From: the human T2T-CHM13v2.0 reference genome, Homo sapiens
DNA length: 64,000 nucleotides
NCBI RefSeq assembly: GCF_009914755.1
Contig: NC_060938.1
Strand: one strand, 5' to 3'
The stretch's first letter is position 1. Each line of letters begins with the position of its first letter. Made by a program: the position numbers and the translations under genes. This document shows positions 16,405 to 30,821 of the stretch, piece after piece. The notes beneath the pieces are model-generated. The model was given only the letters and a program-made list of their open reading frames with translations. It ran no database searches and was not told where the DNA came from.

Positions 16405-16415
16405 CGCGTGCATGT
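16350..16415. repeat. Compound microsatellite (CG)8(TG)14(CG)6, Z-DNA-prone
   Basis: 66 bp of uninterrupted purine-pyrimidine alternation. Confidence 0.95.
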
Positions 16416-19400
16416 TTGTAGTATTTAGTAAACATTCCAAAGATTTCAAAGTCTCCAGGGCTCCACAGGATGTCTTTGTTGACTTCATAACTGTGGTTAG
16501 GCAAAATGAAATGAGAGTCCAGGATAGGTCAAGATAAGGTAATTAGCAAATTCCCTAAATACTCAACTAGAGAATTTCAATGGCCAGTCTTTTTACAGAT
16601 GATTGTTCTTATTTTTCCTCTTTTGTTTTCAATTACAATTCATTAATTGAAACGTAGTAACGGGCCTGAAGTTGTGTTCTGTACTCACCTGTGTTTTGAT
16701 CTTTATCTGTCTAGTCCTCATATTACTTTCTGGCAAGCTTGTGATTCTGGCATATAACAGTTGGGGCAGGGTGGGGGCTATTGATTTGATCCCTCATCTG
16801 TGTTCCTACATTTCTGTTATGGTTATTTGTTGGCCAGTCTCTTCTTGCTAGACTGAGTGCCCTTGGATTGGGAAGATCGCATTGCCCGGCACTAGGTCTG
16901 CCCCAGAAGGATGCTCAATATCATTGTACAGAATTAAACTGAAAGTTTGTTTCCTTTAAACTCCATGTCATCCAAGGTAAACACAGTCACATGTTGCCTC
17001 TTAGGGTGATCTTGAGTATTTTTTCTCATCTCCATCACCACCATTATCCAACCTAAGGCTTGTAAAAGATCTTTATACCATTTCTTTCCAGATTCAAGAG
17101 GCTCTGCTGAAGTTCTTTTAATCAATATTCGATGACAAATTTTTATATCAGGCAAAGGTTGTTGTAGAGCTCTTTAAGATTCAATTATGTGAACATTAGT
17201 TCTTGAGCTTCATTTGAAACAGGTTTATTTTGAGGTGGGATCGATTCTTGTCATTTTCTATGAAGTGATGAACGTCAGAGCTGGAGCTCTTGTGGCAGGT
17301 CCAGCTTGGAGGTGAGCAGGACACAGGGTTCCTAACTGACCCAGATGATCCAAGGAGAACTGGGAGTCTGAGAACAGAAATAAAGCTGGAGCCCAGCCAG
17401 GAGTGGTACGCAGGGCTGCGAATCTGACAGCAAGGCCGAAATCCAGGCCCGCAAGTGGCAGAGCAATGACAGTTAATTGCTTCTCTGTACTGATTGCTTG
17501 TTTCTTTTGCTATTGGATACTAATAGGATGACTCCGAATATGACAATAGAGTATAACTATTCCGTGAACAACGTATAATATGGAAAGTCTGCTTTATGTG
17601 AAATGTTTATCTGCAAATTATTGAGCAAAGGGTTATTATTTGTTACTGCTTAAATGATTGGTTTTAAACTACTAAATCTGGTAAGTTTTTTTTCTAAATA
17701 GCATTTGTGTAATATTTTGGAAAAGGCAAAATGATGTAAAAATTCTATGTGTATTTTACTTAGTACCACAGAAATCTCACTGGAATTAATACCTGTCATT
17801 TGGATGGAGAACTCATATGGTGAAAAGAGCCTAGGCTCACAGCTCACCCTCGGCTGGCCACATTCTAGCCGTGCAACCTTAGGCAAGGTGGACCAGAAAC
17901 TCAGGTTCTCCTACTTCATCTGTGGCATGAGGGTGGCACCTCTGTGGGAGGGCGCTGTGTGGCGTGGGGACACTGGGCATGGGGACACTGCACCACAAAG
18001 CTTAGGCCCTGACATACAGCGGCTGGTGAATCAAGGGTGGCTATTATTGTTTTGGTGCTATCATTATCTTAAATAATTAAAGAAAATAAGAACATCTCAC
18101 GATAAAGGGAACAGATTCTAAGTTAACCTTTTAAAATTACTAGGCCACTTTAACCTCCGGGAATAGCACTCAGATAACAATGTCTTAGTATTACTGGAAG
18201 ATTTACAGAGTCAAGAGCCTGCTCTTATCCCTGGATAGTGAGATAATCACATGAATGGAGAAAAAAGCATGCTTCTCTCACCTTTTAATAGAGTGAAACA
18301 CATCATGTTACCGGAAACCCTTTTGTTCTGTTTTTTACAGTAAGAGAAAAAGTAATTAAACTTCAAAGTCAGATCTGTAAATAGCTACATGAGGACCTAT
18401 GGTAAAAGCAGAGCTACAAGGTCTTCTTTTTGCTTCTGAAACTGGGGGTGATGTAGGGGCTGCCCAGACCCATGGCATCCCTTGAAACTCAGAAAGAAGC
18501 CAGTGCTTGGCTGGGTTCTCATGAGAGTCAAGTTGGAGCTGGAGGCTATGAGAGGTAACACTTGGCCTGTCCTTTTGCCACTGGTCGTGTGCTGCCAAGT
18601 GAGAGGGCTCGTGTGGCATCAAACCATGCCTTATCTTAAGGCTAACATCACATTTCCTCAACTTGGCCAGAGGTGCTGCAGAGAGAGACCTGCACAGTAT
18701 TTGCAGAATTTGTTCAATAATTATTGTTAATCGTTGATTTCACTGAAGATCAATGTTTGCTTTTTGCTCTTATAAACAAAACAGGAATATTCATAACAAT
18801 GGATTCTAGTAAGGCTCAAGTACCATTTGTGTTGAGTGTCTGTATGCCGTCATAGTATTAGAAGTTTCATACACGCTAACATTCATCTTCACAGGAACGT
18901 CAGAAGGCAGGTGGTATTAGGTCACATAGCTAATAGGGGACAGATTAGGAATTGGCTACTGCTCAATTTGAATCCCAAATCAGTGCTCTCTCTCTTGTGC
19001 CTCTAAAGCCCCAGGACCCAGACAGGGCAGTATAGGTAACCCTTAGCAGACTACTCTCAACAGTGTTTGGCCCTTGACAAAATGCCACAAAGTTGGAACG
19101 TGTAGCCCTGAGAAGGGTTGTTGGCAGAGGCTGCAGAGTGGCTTTCAGAGTGGTTGGCCAGCTAAGACATCTGCATCAATGCCTCGCACCACTGGGTGTT
19201 CAGTTTTCCCTCTGATTAAATCTTGTCTACCCTGTGCCCATAGAGTCAGCATGTGCTGCGAGATCACAACGTGGGAGATCGTTCCCCAATACTGAGATAG
19301 AGACACCGCCCCATAGACGCAGTTACACACTGCCATGTGTAAACAGATCAGGAAAGGAGCAGGTGCCCAGCCCAACCAGAGCTCCAGTTCACACAAAAGT

Positions 19401-20430
19401 TTTAGAAAACCCAAGAGGTAAAAGTTTAGAGAATATTGTCTTCTTCAAACCTCCCTCTAACACTGTAAAGTGATAATAGACAAGAATGTAAAAAAACTTG
19501 GGGGAAAAAAAGCTAAAGCTCAATTATTGACACTGTTTTAATGACCTCCACAGATAGATTTGAGAGGTATAGGAGCAAAAATGACTTTAAAATAAATAAG
19601 TTGTTAAAGTTTTATTGGTGCTGCATTCCCAACCTGAGGTTTTCTTTGATGAAATTCAGATGAAGTTTCACATCTTGTGCTGTGGAATCCTATGAAATGC
19701 TTAGAGATTCAAATGGTTTGTGTTGGTTAAAGCAAGCTTTAGGCTTTGTTCTTCATTATGCTAATCAGTTTTTCCCCCAGCTTAATTGAAGTGTAAAGTC
19801 ATTTGAACAACACTGGTCTTTTCTGTACACAAGAAGGTTAAGAACCTCAGACAGCTCATGCTGCTGCCAAGAAGTCTCCCAGTCGTATTCTTCAGATTAA
19901 TTACCTGCAGAAACAGAAGTAAGAAAATCCACAGGTTAAAGCAATGATTTTGGCAGGATCTGAAAAGCACTAGGATTATGTCATGGGGAAAACTTCAGCA
20001 AATCTCACAAATGGGGGCTCTCCTAAGCAGATCTGACATTTCGGTTTTTAACCATTTGTATTTGAAGGCAAATATTGAGGTGGTGGGGGTTTTTATTAAA
20101 ATATTAAAATCAAACTTTTTCCTATATAAATTCAGCAATATAATTTAAATATTCTGATTTGTGCAGTTTTATTAAAGCCACTGAGACCACAGTGATGCTA
20201 AAGTTTTTGAATGCAGGGAGCAGGCCAGTCTTGCCTTACTCTGTATGTTGTTTTATAATATTGATTTGAAAATGCAAGGTTATACTACAGAGACCAACTT
20301 TTTCCTCCTCAATCCTGTGCTGGCAGCCACAATAAATGTGCTTGAGTCCCAGCAGTGAGCGTGTGTGCCTTCTCTAGAAGCTGCTGTCTGCACGAACAAC
20401 CCAAAAATGTCATAGAAATGCACAGTTCTA

Positions 20431-20727
<297 letters not shown>

Positions 20728-20899
20728 ATGCATGAGTCTATGCTACAGATTCTTTCATGATTTAAAAAGCAAATATTATTAATTATGCACTAATTTCTAA
20801 TTATTCAGTGCTAATTTGCATAACCGTTGAGACAGCACATAGGAATTTTGTTAAACTTGGATTTGTTTTGGTAATTTTTATTGGAAACAACAACAACAA

Positions 20900-21150
20900 T
20901 AGTAACGATAACTTAATTACAGCTCATATTTATTTATACATGCACTATATGCAAAAAGTATTCTAAGTACTCTAAATGTGTCAACTCATTTAATATTATA
21001 ACAACCCTATGAAATACTCTTGTTGCACCTGTTTTATACATAGAGGCAGATAGAGATTAAGTAGTTTGTCCTAGGTCATGTAGCTAGTAAGTGGCAGAGC
21101 TGGGATTTGAACCCAGGTAGCTTGACTCCATAGTCCGTGCTCTTAAAGAC
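20900..21150 (-). mobile_element. MIR
   Basis: ggtcatgtagctagtaagtggcagagctgggatttgaacccagg. Confidence 0.8.
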
Positions 21151-21665
21151 TGAAGTCTATGCCTCTTCTGCCAGTGCTGTCAACACTGACTTAGCTCTAG
21201 AATGTCTTCTCCTACCTTAGTAGAACTCTCCCTGCCTTCCGCCTGAGGCCAGAGACCTTCCCAGGTAGGTGTGTGTTGACCCAGCGTCCTACACAATGGT
21301 TGTTACACCAACCTGACTCTGCCTTCTTTTATTCACACATTAGAAGATTTCACTGAACTGTTTAATTACTCCTCAGAGGGAAGACAGATATAAAATACCT
21401 TCTTATCTTCCCCACTTCTCTCTCCCAGTGGCATGACATTTTGAAGTGAGATTTTCTTTCCCTCCTATCCAAAGTCAAAGGAGAAATGGAGAAATTCCCC
21501 AGAACTACTGTCCATTCACAAGAAGTTACATAGCACTTAAGGACAGTCTCTTTCCCTTGAGCAATAAGTACTTAGTTTTCATTGAAATATTTCTCTGCTG
21601 AGCTCTCATAGTATAATAGCAACCAATCCCAACAAGCAAAAATAACTTGTAAATTTGCAAAACCA

Positions 21666-21957
<292 letters not shown>

Positions 21958-22029
21958 TTGGCAAAACCAATGAGTGGACCTTATCTTACTTAAACGCTCA
22001 TAAAATTACTTTATTTTATATGTTAACAT

Positions 22030-22880
22030 TCAATAAAAACTGTCATTTTTGAGATAATTCTATGTGTTTTAACAAAGTATGGTTTAATGTAACAACCACC
22101 ACTAAGGATATAGAACATTCCAATTACCTTCAAAATTCCCTTGTGCAGTGTCCCCAACCCAGCATTTGGCAACCACTGATCCATTCTCCTTCATTACAGT
22201 TTTGTCTTTGGAGAATGTCATATAAATGGAATAGTACAGGATGTAACCTTTTGAGATGGGCTTTCTTCATTCAGTATAATGCCTTTGAGACCCATGCAAG
22301 TTGTTTTGTGTATCAGTCATTCATCCCATTTTATTACTGAGTATATTCCATTGTATGAGTGCACCACAGTTTATCCATTCACCAGTTGAAGGGCCTTTGA
22401 GTTGTTTCCAGTTTCTATCAAGTCTGAACAGAGCCACCAGAAACATTGGCGTATCGGTTTTTGTATGAATATTGTTCATTTTTCTAGAGCAAATACTTAA
22501 GAATTGCTAGGTCATATTGGAAATATGTGTTTATAAGAAAATGGTAAACTGTTTTCCAGGGTGGTCGTGTCATTTTGTGTGCCCACCAGCAGTGGGGGAG
22601 AGTGTGTTTCATTTGCTCCATATTCTCACTGCACTTGCTTTTGTCAGCATTTTTACTTTTAACCATCCTAATAGATGTGTAATAATATCTCATTGTAGTT
22701 TTAATTTGCATTTCCATAATGACTAATGATGTTGAACATCTTTTCCTGTGCCTGCTTGTTACCTGAATAACCTCTTTGGTGGTCTATTTAAGTCTTTTGC
22801 CCATTTTTCCCCTTGCCTATTTTTAAAATTGGATTGTTTTCTCACTGTTGAGTTTGTAAAGTTCTTTATATTTCTCATTC
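22030..22880 (-). mobile_element. L1M fragment
   Basis: Reverse MEMQIKTTMRYY is an L1 ORF2 remnant. Confidence 0.8.
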
Positions 22881-23203
22881 AATAGAGAGAAACAGAAAAA
22901 AGAGGACGTGCACACATCCCCATCAGTACTCCTAATAAACAGTATGGATTCTACATTGGGAGCATAAAGAATGGTATATTTAGTTCTAGGAGAGGAGGAG
23001 CATGAGAAAAGGATATTTGCAAGTTGTTCTTGCTTTATAGTTTTACTTCTTTAAAGAGATATGCTTAAGACATAGTTTTAAAAAGACTTACACAATATTT
23101 TTTTTGTAAGAGCTTAGCGGCTCTCTTGGTTAATAGATATGTTATTCTCTCTCAGAAGTGCCATAGACACACTTGAAAATTATTTCTATGTGTGAAACAA
23201 TTA

Positions 23204-24049
<846 letters not shown>

Positions 24050-24469
24050 TGAATATTTTTATTCTTCAAGGCCAACCCCTGCTTGATCCCATTTTTCCAA
24101 ATACAGCTAATATTTTCTTTGTTCACTTATCACTTTATATGTTTATATAACTTATCAAATTATTTTAGAAATTTGTAGGCAGGTGTCTTCTCCACTAGGC
24201 AGAGAGCTTCTTAAGGATAGCTGTGTGAGTGAATCATCTTTTATCCCTAACAACTAATTTAATGCATGCTTCAAAAGAGATACTCATTTACCCATTTATT
24301 CATTAATTTACCAAATATTTATTGAGTTCTCACTGTATGTTAGGTTGAGGGGCAGAGTAGTGAACCAACAGAAAAGATTCCTGCTTTATGGAGCTTACAT
24401 TTTGTTGACCTTTTCAGATAACCAGATTCTCCTTTTCTAAAACAGTGGTTTTAAAGCTATTAGTTTTCC

Positions 24470-26950
24470 TCAAAGCCCTGCTTTAGCTGCATCCCATGTA
24501 TTTTGCTATGTTGTATTTTCATTATCATTTGATTATTCTAATTTCTCCTGATATCTTCTTTGATCCAATGATTATTTAGAAATGTATTGCTTCATTTCCA
24601 AATATTTGTAGTTGATTTCTAACAATATCATTGTGGTCAGAGAACATACTCTTCCCATCTTTAAATTTATTTCAATCTGTTTAATGACCCAGAATATGAT
24701 GTGTCCTGAAAATGTACCGTATGCACTGCTATTGTTAGCTACCGTTTTCTCTACGTATCAGTTAAGTCAACACGGTTTATAGTGTTGTTCAAATATTCTA
24801 TGTCTGTACTGGTTTTTTGTTTGTTTGTTTTAAGATAGAATTTCATTCTGTTTTCGAGGCTGGAGTGCAGTGGCGTGATCATAGTTCACTGTAGACCTGA
24901 TCTCCTGGGCTCCATGATTCTCCCACCTAAGCCTCCCAAGTAGCTAGGACTACAGGCATATGCCACCATGCCTGGCTAATTTTTAAATTTTTTATAGAGA
25001 TGAGATCTTGCTATACCACCCAAGCTTTTATTTATTTTTTTATTAGTTGTTCTATCAGTTGCTGAGAGAGGGACATTAAAATCTTCAGGAAAAATTATAG
25101 AATTGTCTGTTTCTAACTTTAATTCTGTCAGTTTTGCTTCATGTATTTTAAAGCTCTATTAGGCACATATGATTGCAGTGTTTTTCTGATAATTGACCCT
25201 TTTTTCATTATGAAATGGCCCTTTTTATTTCTGGTAATACATTTTGACATCTATTTTATCTGATATTAATATTGCCATCCAGCCTTTTTATACTTATTAT
25301 TTCCATGGTATATATTTTTTCCATTCATATACTTTCAATCTATCTGTGTCTTTGTATTTAAAGTGTATCTCTTGTAGACAGCATATAGTTGGGTTTTGCT
25401 TTTTTAAAAAAAAAATTATTCTGCCATCCTCTGCCTTTTAATTGGTGTGTTTAATGAAATTATTGCTTTAATGTAACATGTAATAGAATTATTGCTATAT
25501 TGGGTTTGAGTTTAGCATTTTATTTTTTGTTTTTTACTTGTCTTTTTTGTACCTCTGTTACTCTTTTCTTTCCTTCTTTTGAATTATTTGAATATAGAAT
25601 TTCATTTTAAATTTTCTGTTGGCTTTTTAGCTACACTCCTTTGCATTATTCTTTAGTCATTTATGAGGGATCACAATATACATCTGTGACTTTTCCACTA
25701 CAGTTAATACTAACCCCTTACAGTTAATAATAACTGCTTACATGAGATCTATTGTACAACATTGTGACTAACATATGTATAATTAATAACATGTATGTAT
25801 CCTTGAGAACCACTAAGAGAGTAGATTTTAAGTGTTCTTACCACAAAAATAAGTATGTGAGGTAATGCATGTGTGTGTTAGCTCAATTTAGCCATTCCAC
25901 AATGTATATATATATATTTTAAAACATGTTGTATACAATATATACAATTTTTGCCAATTAAAATAAATGAAAGCCACTTATAATTAATGACATATACTTC
26001 ATATAAAATACTGAAATCTTGCAACTTGTAGATCCATATTTACCCCATCTTTTATGTTATGGTACTTGTATTTATTACATAAAAATACATTATAAATCCT
26101 GTAAGACAATATTTTAATTTCTGTCTTTAAAAGTTTGAAGGTTCAAGGCTGGGCACAGTGGCTAACACCTGTAATCCCAGCACTTTGGGAGGGTGAAGCA
26201 GGATCACTTGAGGCCATGGATTCAAGACCAGCCTGGGCAACACAGTGAGACCCTGCCTCTATAAAAAATTTAAAAATTAGCCAAGCGTGGTGGGGTGCGC
26301 CTGTAGTCCCAGATCCTCAGAAGGCTGAGGTGGGAGGATCACTTGAGCCTAGGGAGTGAAGGCTGCAGTGAGCTGTGATCACACCACTGTACTGCAGCCT
26401 GGGCAACAGAGTAAGACCCTGTCAAAAAAAAAAAAATAATAAAACTTAAGGTTTCATAATAACATAAAAGGAAAAAGGAAAAAAATGAGTCTTTGAACTG
26501 ATGCAGGTATTTATCATTTCCAGTGCTCTTCATTTTTTTCTGAGGGTCTGAGTTTGATCTTATATAATTTTTCTTTAGCCTGAAGAACTTTCATTAGCAT
26601 TTCTTGCAGTGCAGGTCTTTTGATGATTAATTCTTTCTGGTTTTGTTACTCTGAAAATGTCTTTATTTTGCTTGCTTTCTTGGAAGATATTTTGCTGGAT
26701 GTAAAATTCTGAATTTAGTTTTTTCTCACGTGGTACTTTAAAGATGTAGTTCCGCTCTCTTCTGGTCTCCTTAGTTCATGATAAGTCAGCTGTTAATCAG
26801 ACTGCAGGTCTTTTGTATTTAATATGTCATTTTTCTCTTGCTGCTTTTGGTATTTGTTCTTTATCTTTGGTTTTCAACAGTTTGACTATAATGTACCTTG
26901 AGGTGGGCTGTTTTGCATTTATTTTGCTTAGTCTTTGATTAGTATCTCAT
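24470..26950 (-). mobile_element. Old L1M fragments with a nested partial Alu (24813-25025, -), a sense L1MA 3' end (about 25740-25970) and an Alu
   Basis: Antisense L1 endonuclease/ORF1-like T-rich sequence; gagagtagattttaagtgttctta...aagtatgtgaggtaatg is L1MA 3'UTR-like. Confidence 0.65.
26147..26443 (+). mobile_element. Alu (AluJ)
   Basis: Dimer with A tail. Confidence 0.92.
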
Positions 26951-26953
26951 AAT

Positions 26954-26965
26954 TGTGTGTGTGTA

Positions 26966-26997
<32 letters not shown>
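26954..26997. repeat. Interrupted (TG)n microsatellite abutting an Alu tail
   Basis: Direct reading. Confidence 0.9.
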
Positions 26998-27000
<3 letters not shown>

Positions 27001-27310
27001 TTATTTATTTATTTATTTGTTTATTTTGAGACAGAGTATTGCTCTGTTGCCCAGGCTGGAGTGCAGTGGTGCAATCTTGGCTCACTGCAACTTCTGCCTC
27101 CTGGGTTCAAGTGATGCTCCCACCTGAGCCTCCCAAGTAGCTGGGACTATAGACGCGCACCACCACACCCAGCTAATTTTTGAATTTTTAGTAGAGATGG
27201 GGTTTCACCCTATTGGCCAGGCTGGTCTCGAACACCTGACCTTAGGTGATCCGTTTGCCTTGGCCTCCCAAAGTGATGGGATTACAGACATGAGCCACGG
27301 CACCTGGCCT
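26998..27310 (-). mobile_element. Alu (AluS) with (TATT)n tail
   Basis: Dimer. Confidence 0.93.
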
Positions 27311-27354
27311 GTAATTGTGTATTTGTGTTCATTAAATTTGTGCTATTTCAGCCA

Positions 27355-27667
27355 TTTATTTGTTTGTTTTGTTTTTGCGCCACTGCGCTCCAGCCTGGGC
27401 GACCCTGTCACCCGGGGTCTTGCTCTGTCACCCAGGCTGGAGTGCAGTGGTGCAATCTCAGCTCACTGCAGCCTTGACCTCTCGGGCCCCAAGAAACTGC
27501 CCCACCTCAGCCTCCTGAGTAGCTGGTACTACAGGCACATACCACCACACCTGGCTAATTTTTTTTTTTTTTTGGTATTTTGTAGAGGCAGAGTTTTGTC
27601 ATGTTGCCTAGGCTGATATCAAACTCCTGCGCTCAAGCAGTCTGCCTACCTCAGCCTCCCAAAGTGT
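27355..27667 (-). mobile_element. Alu (AluJ), 5'-truncated, with an inverted duplication at its tail
   Basis: Ends at cccaaagtgtt; see the hairpin finding. Confidence 0.9.
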
Positions 27668-28314
27668 TCTCTGTGTTCTCTGGTTGGAGCACAGTAAGTG
27701 AAGGGAAGAATGATGTACAATGAGATTGGAGAGGCGAAGAAGATCACGGAGAGGTTTATAGACCCTGATAAGGAGTTGGAAATTATGATTCTGAGTAAGA
27801 AAATATGATTACCATAATTGTAAGGGTAGCTTGCCAAACTCATATTGCTTTATCCTTCAGAGTCTTGACCGATGGATAGGGTGGCCTTGTGATTGTATGA
27901 CCTACCTGTCAGTTAACATAATTGGAACAGAAGCTAGAAGACCATGCAGACTGGGTTTCTGCAGTGTGTGGGAAGTTGAAGTGGACGTATTCTAACATCC
28001 CTTCCACTGCTAAGGTTCTCCGGTATCGCTGAAAACAAGTTGGCCTCCATGTAGAAAAGTATAATGTCAATTAAAACCACAGTTTATAATGAAGAGTGCA
28101 AATGTAGAGAATGAAAAGACCATTGTAGAATGAAGAGTTGTAGTTACACACAGCTAAAGATTTCATGTGATTTCTGCTTAAGAGCAGTATCTGTAGTCCG
28201 TAAGTGTTACTATGTTAAAACAATGGGCTTAAAACAGCATGCTAGATAGAGTATGTTTATAGATCTGATTTCCGGGGAACACTTAAAGCTCACTTGATCC
28301 TTTCTTTGGTTTAG

Positions 28315-28497
28315 ATGACAGCGCTTCTGCTGCAAGTAGCATGGAGGTGACAGACCGCATTGCTTCACTGGAGCAGAGAGTCCAGATGCAAGAAGACGAC
28401 ATCCAGCTGCTCAAATCAGCTCTAGCTGATGTGGTTCGGCGGCTGAACATTACTGAGGAACAGCAGGCCGTGCTTAACAGGAAAGGACCTACCAAAG
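28315..28497 (+). CDS. EML1: EML1 coding exon (canonical exon 2), 183 nt, phase 1-1; N-terminal coiled-coil trimerisation domain
   Basis: Acceptor tcctttctttggtttag|AT, donor AAAG|gtgggc; reads (D)DSASAASSMEVTDRIASLEQRVQMQEDDIQLLKSALADVVRRLNITEEQQAVLNRKGPTK, which I recognise as EML1. Confidence 0.97.
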
Positions 28498-28713
28498 GTG
28501 GGCGTTTGAGTGACACAGGAACTTCAGTAGAATTGGTCTCGTGGCAGAATCTTGCTCTAGCAAACACATTGTGCTCTTTAATATTGACAGAGAATCGAAA
28601 CTTAGAATAACAATAAAACAGTCTTAGCACTGTCAACATAATCACACGACGTATGATAGTATTTTGGGGCTTGATGTTGGTGAATTGTACAGCCCAGTGA
28701 TGTACATTTGTAG

Positions 28714-29068
<355 letters not shown>

Positions 29069-29794
29069 GAGAACAGTTCTTTATCAGGATTCTCTGGGAT
29101 GGAGAGAGCTTGCAGAAAGAACCATGATCCTTTGGGCCACTTTTGGAGGTTGTTCTACCTAGCTTTTTTTTGAAAACTGTTATCTCTTTATATGCACTTA
29201 GCTTATACTGTCATTCAGTTCAGCATAGCAACACTCGATCATATGCCACATTCAAAGCTCTGAGCCAAGCACTGGGGGTGCAGAGGTGGCGGGCCTCCCT
29301 CTGAGGAGCTCAGAGTCCTATGTTATCATTAGCTCTTCCCCTCTTCTAGCTGCAAAGCAAGCCACTCTCATGCAAAGCCCAGTGTTCCTTTTGAATCTCC
29401 TCTGCTGTCCACAAGGACATCACCTGCTACAGAGCTCTGTCCCTGGTAGATTTCTAGCAAATTTAAGTCATCATTTCATGTCCCTGTGGCTCTTGGGAAT
29501 GAGATATTAAAAAGCAATATTTGTATTAAATAATGTTGTCATTATCTTCTTAGAAGATAATGGAATTAGACAATTAGACAATGTTGGAAATAAAACGCCT
29601 CCTAACAATTTCTGTCCAGCTAGCTGGCGCCCTCATGTCTACATGAACTTGCAAATGGCTCGTCTTTAGCCAGAATCACTCTTCCTCCTGACTAACTGTA
29701 GAAAAGAGAATTCGTCTTGGCTGTAAGATGCCTTTGGCTAAAACGTTTTTTGAGATTACAACATTTAGATGTTCCTTTAAAAATACCTTTCATT

Positions 29795-30085
29795 GGCTGG
29801 GCACAGTGGCACACGCCTGTAATCCCAGCACTTTGGAAGGCTGAGGCGGTCAGATCACCTGAGCCCAGGAGTTCAAGACCCATCTAGGCAACATAGTGAG
29901 ACCTCATCCCTACAAAAAATTTAAAAATTAGCTGGATGTGGTAGCAAGTGCCCGTGGTCCCAGCTACTCAGGAGGCTGAGGTAGGAGGATTGCTTGAGCC
30001 TAGGAGGCCAAGGCTGCAGAGAGCACCACTGCACTCCAGCCGGGTGACAGAGCAAGACCCCATCTCAAAACAAAAACAAACAAAA
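29795..30085 (+). mobile_element. Alu (AluJ)
   Basis: Dimer; TSD aatacctttcatt. Confidence 0.93.
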
Positions 30086-30821
30086 GGAATACCTTTCATT
30101 GTTATTTCAATTTAACAAATTATTTCACAGTTAATGTGTATTTTCCTTAGAGTTGGGAGGGAGGACTGTCTAAGGTTGCGTCTTTGAGTTTTTTTTTCTC
30201 AAGTACTTGGCTGCATTTCCACACATCTGTGGGAAGAAATCAATTTCTTTGTCATCCCAGATGTTATCACCAGCTTCGTGTGAGATGGCTGGCTACACCT
30301 GTTGGGCTGATGTCTGCATTTTGAATAATCATTTTAAGTAATCTTTTTTCCTCCTGAGTTACAAAGTGATTCAGGTATTTTAAATAGAAACCGCATTATT
30401 TTAAGTATTCTTGACCTACCAGCTTTCCAAAAATAAATCTGATGACTGCTGTGTCTGAAAGGGTACATTTGAAGGAGCTGTTTTATATAAATCTTCAGAC
30501 CTCTAAAACTTCCTTATTTTTAGAAAACTACAGGAAGAAAATAACAGGGTGTGCCCAAGAGTTTTGTTTTCTTGATTAAGAATGATTTGAATTTCATAAC
30601 TGCACAGAAAAATAAATGTTTTCATAGTCATCTGATATTTCTTTATAAACATTCTTTTTCTAACTGTAAGCAAATCAAAGCTTAGTTGCCAGAAGGTCAC
30701 ACCAAGAAGTAAAAAAAAGATTCACAAGAAAGCAGGTGAATGGGCTGCATCCCCTGAGTGGAGGGACCTTGGGCTCTCTACTTTCTGTGCAGCTAATTAG
30801 AGCACAGTGGAAACAGGGGCA

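Noticed and set aside
16289-16537. ORFs containing ARARAHTHTH or VCVCVC
   Set aside because: Translations of the microsatellite
19740-20060. Unique sequence that looked exon-like
   Set aside because: I could not find a splice-site pair giving a frame compatible with EML1
28498-28610. Extension of ORF 28341-28610 beyond ...KGPTK
   Set aside because: Intronic read-through past the donor at 28498; EML1 similarity ends there
28283-28645. 120-aa antisense ORF over exon 2 (similar ones lie over exons 3 and 4)
   Set aside because: Shadow ORFs of real coding sequence; no independent support
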